Positions 55,733 to 56,183 of a stretch of 56,183 bases of DNA are shown in pieces. Numbering within the stretch: the first letter of the stretch is position 1; every line of letters starts with the position of its first letter. The notes below the pieces were generated by a model. That model was given only the letters and a program-made list of their open reading frames with translations, was not told the origin of the DNA and did no database searches. The position numbers and the translations under genes are program-made. The stretch lies in the sequence record SRR31156797_350; one strand, 5' to 3'.

Positions 55733-56183
55733 CTAAAATTTAATATCCCTAACCATTAATTGAGTTTCTATCTTACCCATATATTCATTTTCCTGAACTG
55801 AGTAACATACATCAAACTGTGCTCCACTAGAAATTTTTGGATATAAATTTCCCATGGAGAAAGCAATTCCTCCTTTAACATCACCTTCTCGAATATCATC
55901 AACAACAGAAAGTTTTAGATGTTCTTTATTACGACCAACCGGTCGACTATATCCGTAATCAACCACCTTTTCACTAATGAAAACAGGTGTCATATTCTTA
56001 GGTCCGAAAGGTTCGAACTGCTTTAATACCCGATAAAATTTAGGAGTAATATCCGATAAACTAATACTCGCATCTACCTTAACTTGTGGAACCAACATAT
56101 CATCTGTGATGTTATCACAAACATATTCTTCGAAACGCTGTTGGAATGCAGATACATTTTCAATTTTCATGGTTAATCCTGCG
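55733..56183 (-). CDS. recJ: ssDNA exonuclease RecJ, C-terminal part (5'-truncated by window edge)
   Basis: Frame continues to the window edge as AGLT (end of DHHA1); EPFGP.N..PVF, HLKL, IAF and N.Y.G...QL...DI. Confidence 0.88.
   Translation of the reverse strand, partial: AGLTMKIENVSAFQQRFEEYVCDNITDDMLVPQVKVDASISLSDITPKFYRVLKQFEPFGPKNMTPVFISEKVVDYGYSRPVGRNKEHLKLSVVDDIREGDVKGGIAFSMGNLYPKISSGAQFDVCYSVQENEYMGKIETQLMVRDIKF

Overview
AT-rich Bacteroidota chromosomal segment. TAnnTTTG -7 promoters, PorV/PorQ/GldAFG, fused CcoNO and the bifunctional DAHP synthase/chorismate mutase point to this phylum; a marine or sediment Bacteroidia such as Marinifilaceae is a guess only. The window is mostly housekeeping: 3' end of a probable tRNA-His, pssA, cmk-ispH/pfkA, priA, heptose kinase, parAB-mltD, gldAFG, parE-parC-aroK, hpt-adk-obgE, purE, rluA, ybaK, nucleobase transporters and the 3' end of recJ. 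I saw no integrase, transposase, prophage or CRISPR array. Main highlights: (1) a three-gene module (Tat-exported Fe-S protein with two altered cluster motifs, NrfD/DsrP-type membrane subunit, stalked membrane-anchored monoheme cytochrome c) directly upstream of a complete cbb3 oxidase cluster. It has no molybdoenzyme or multiheme subunit and is a candidate minimal quinol:cytochrome c oxidoreductase. (2) A 45-aa antisense membrane microprotein, absent from the ORF track, inside that cluster. (3) An in-frame IspH-PfkA fusion. (4) Three GC-rich structured intergenic elements: an orphan sRNA candidate at about 31.74-31.86 kb, a long hairpin between hpt and purE, and the ybaK leader. All family assignments come from motif recognition by eye; no database searches were run.
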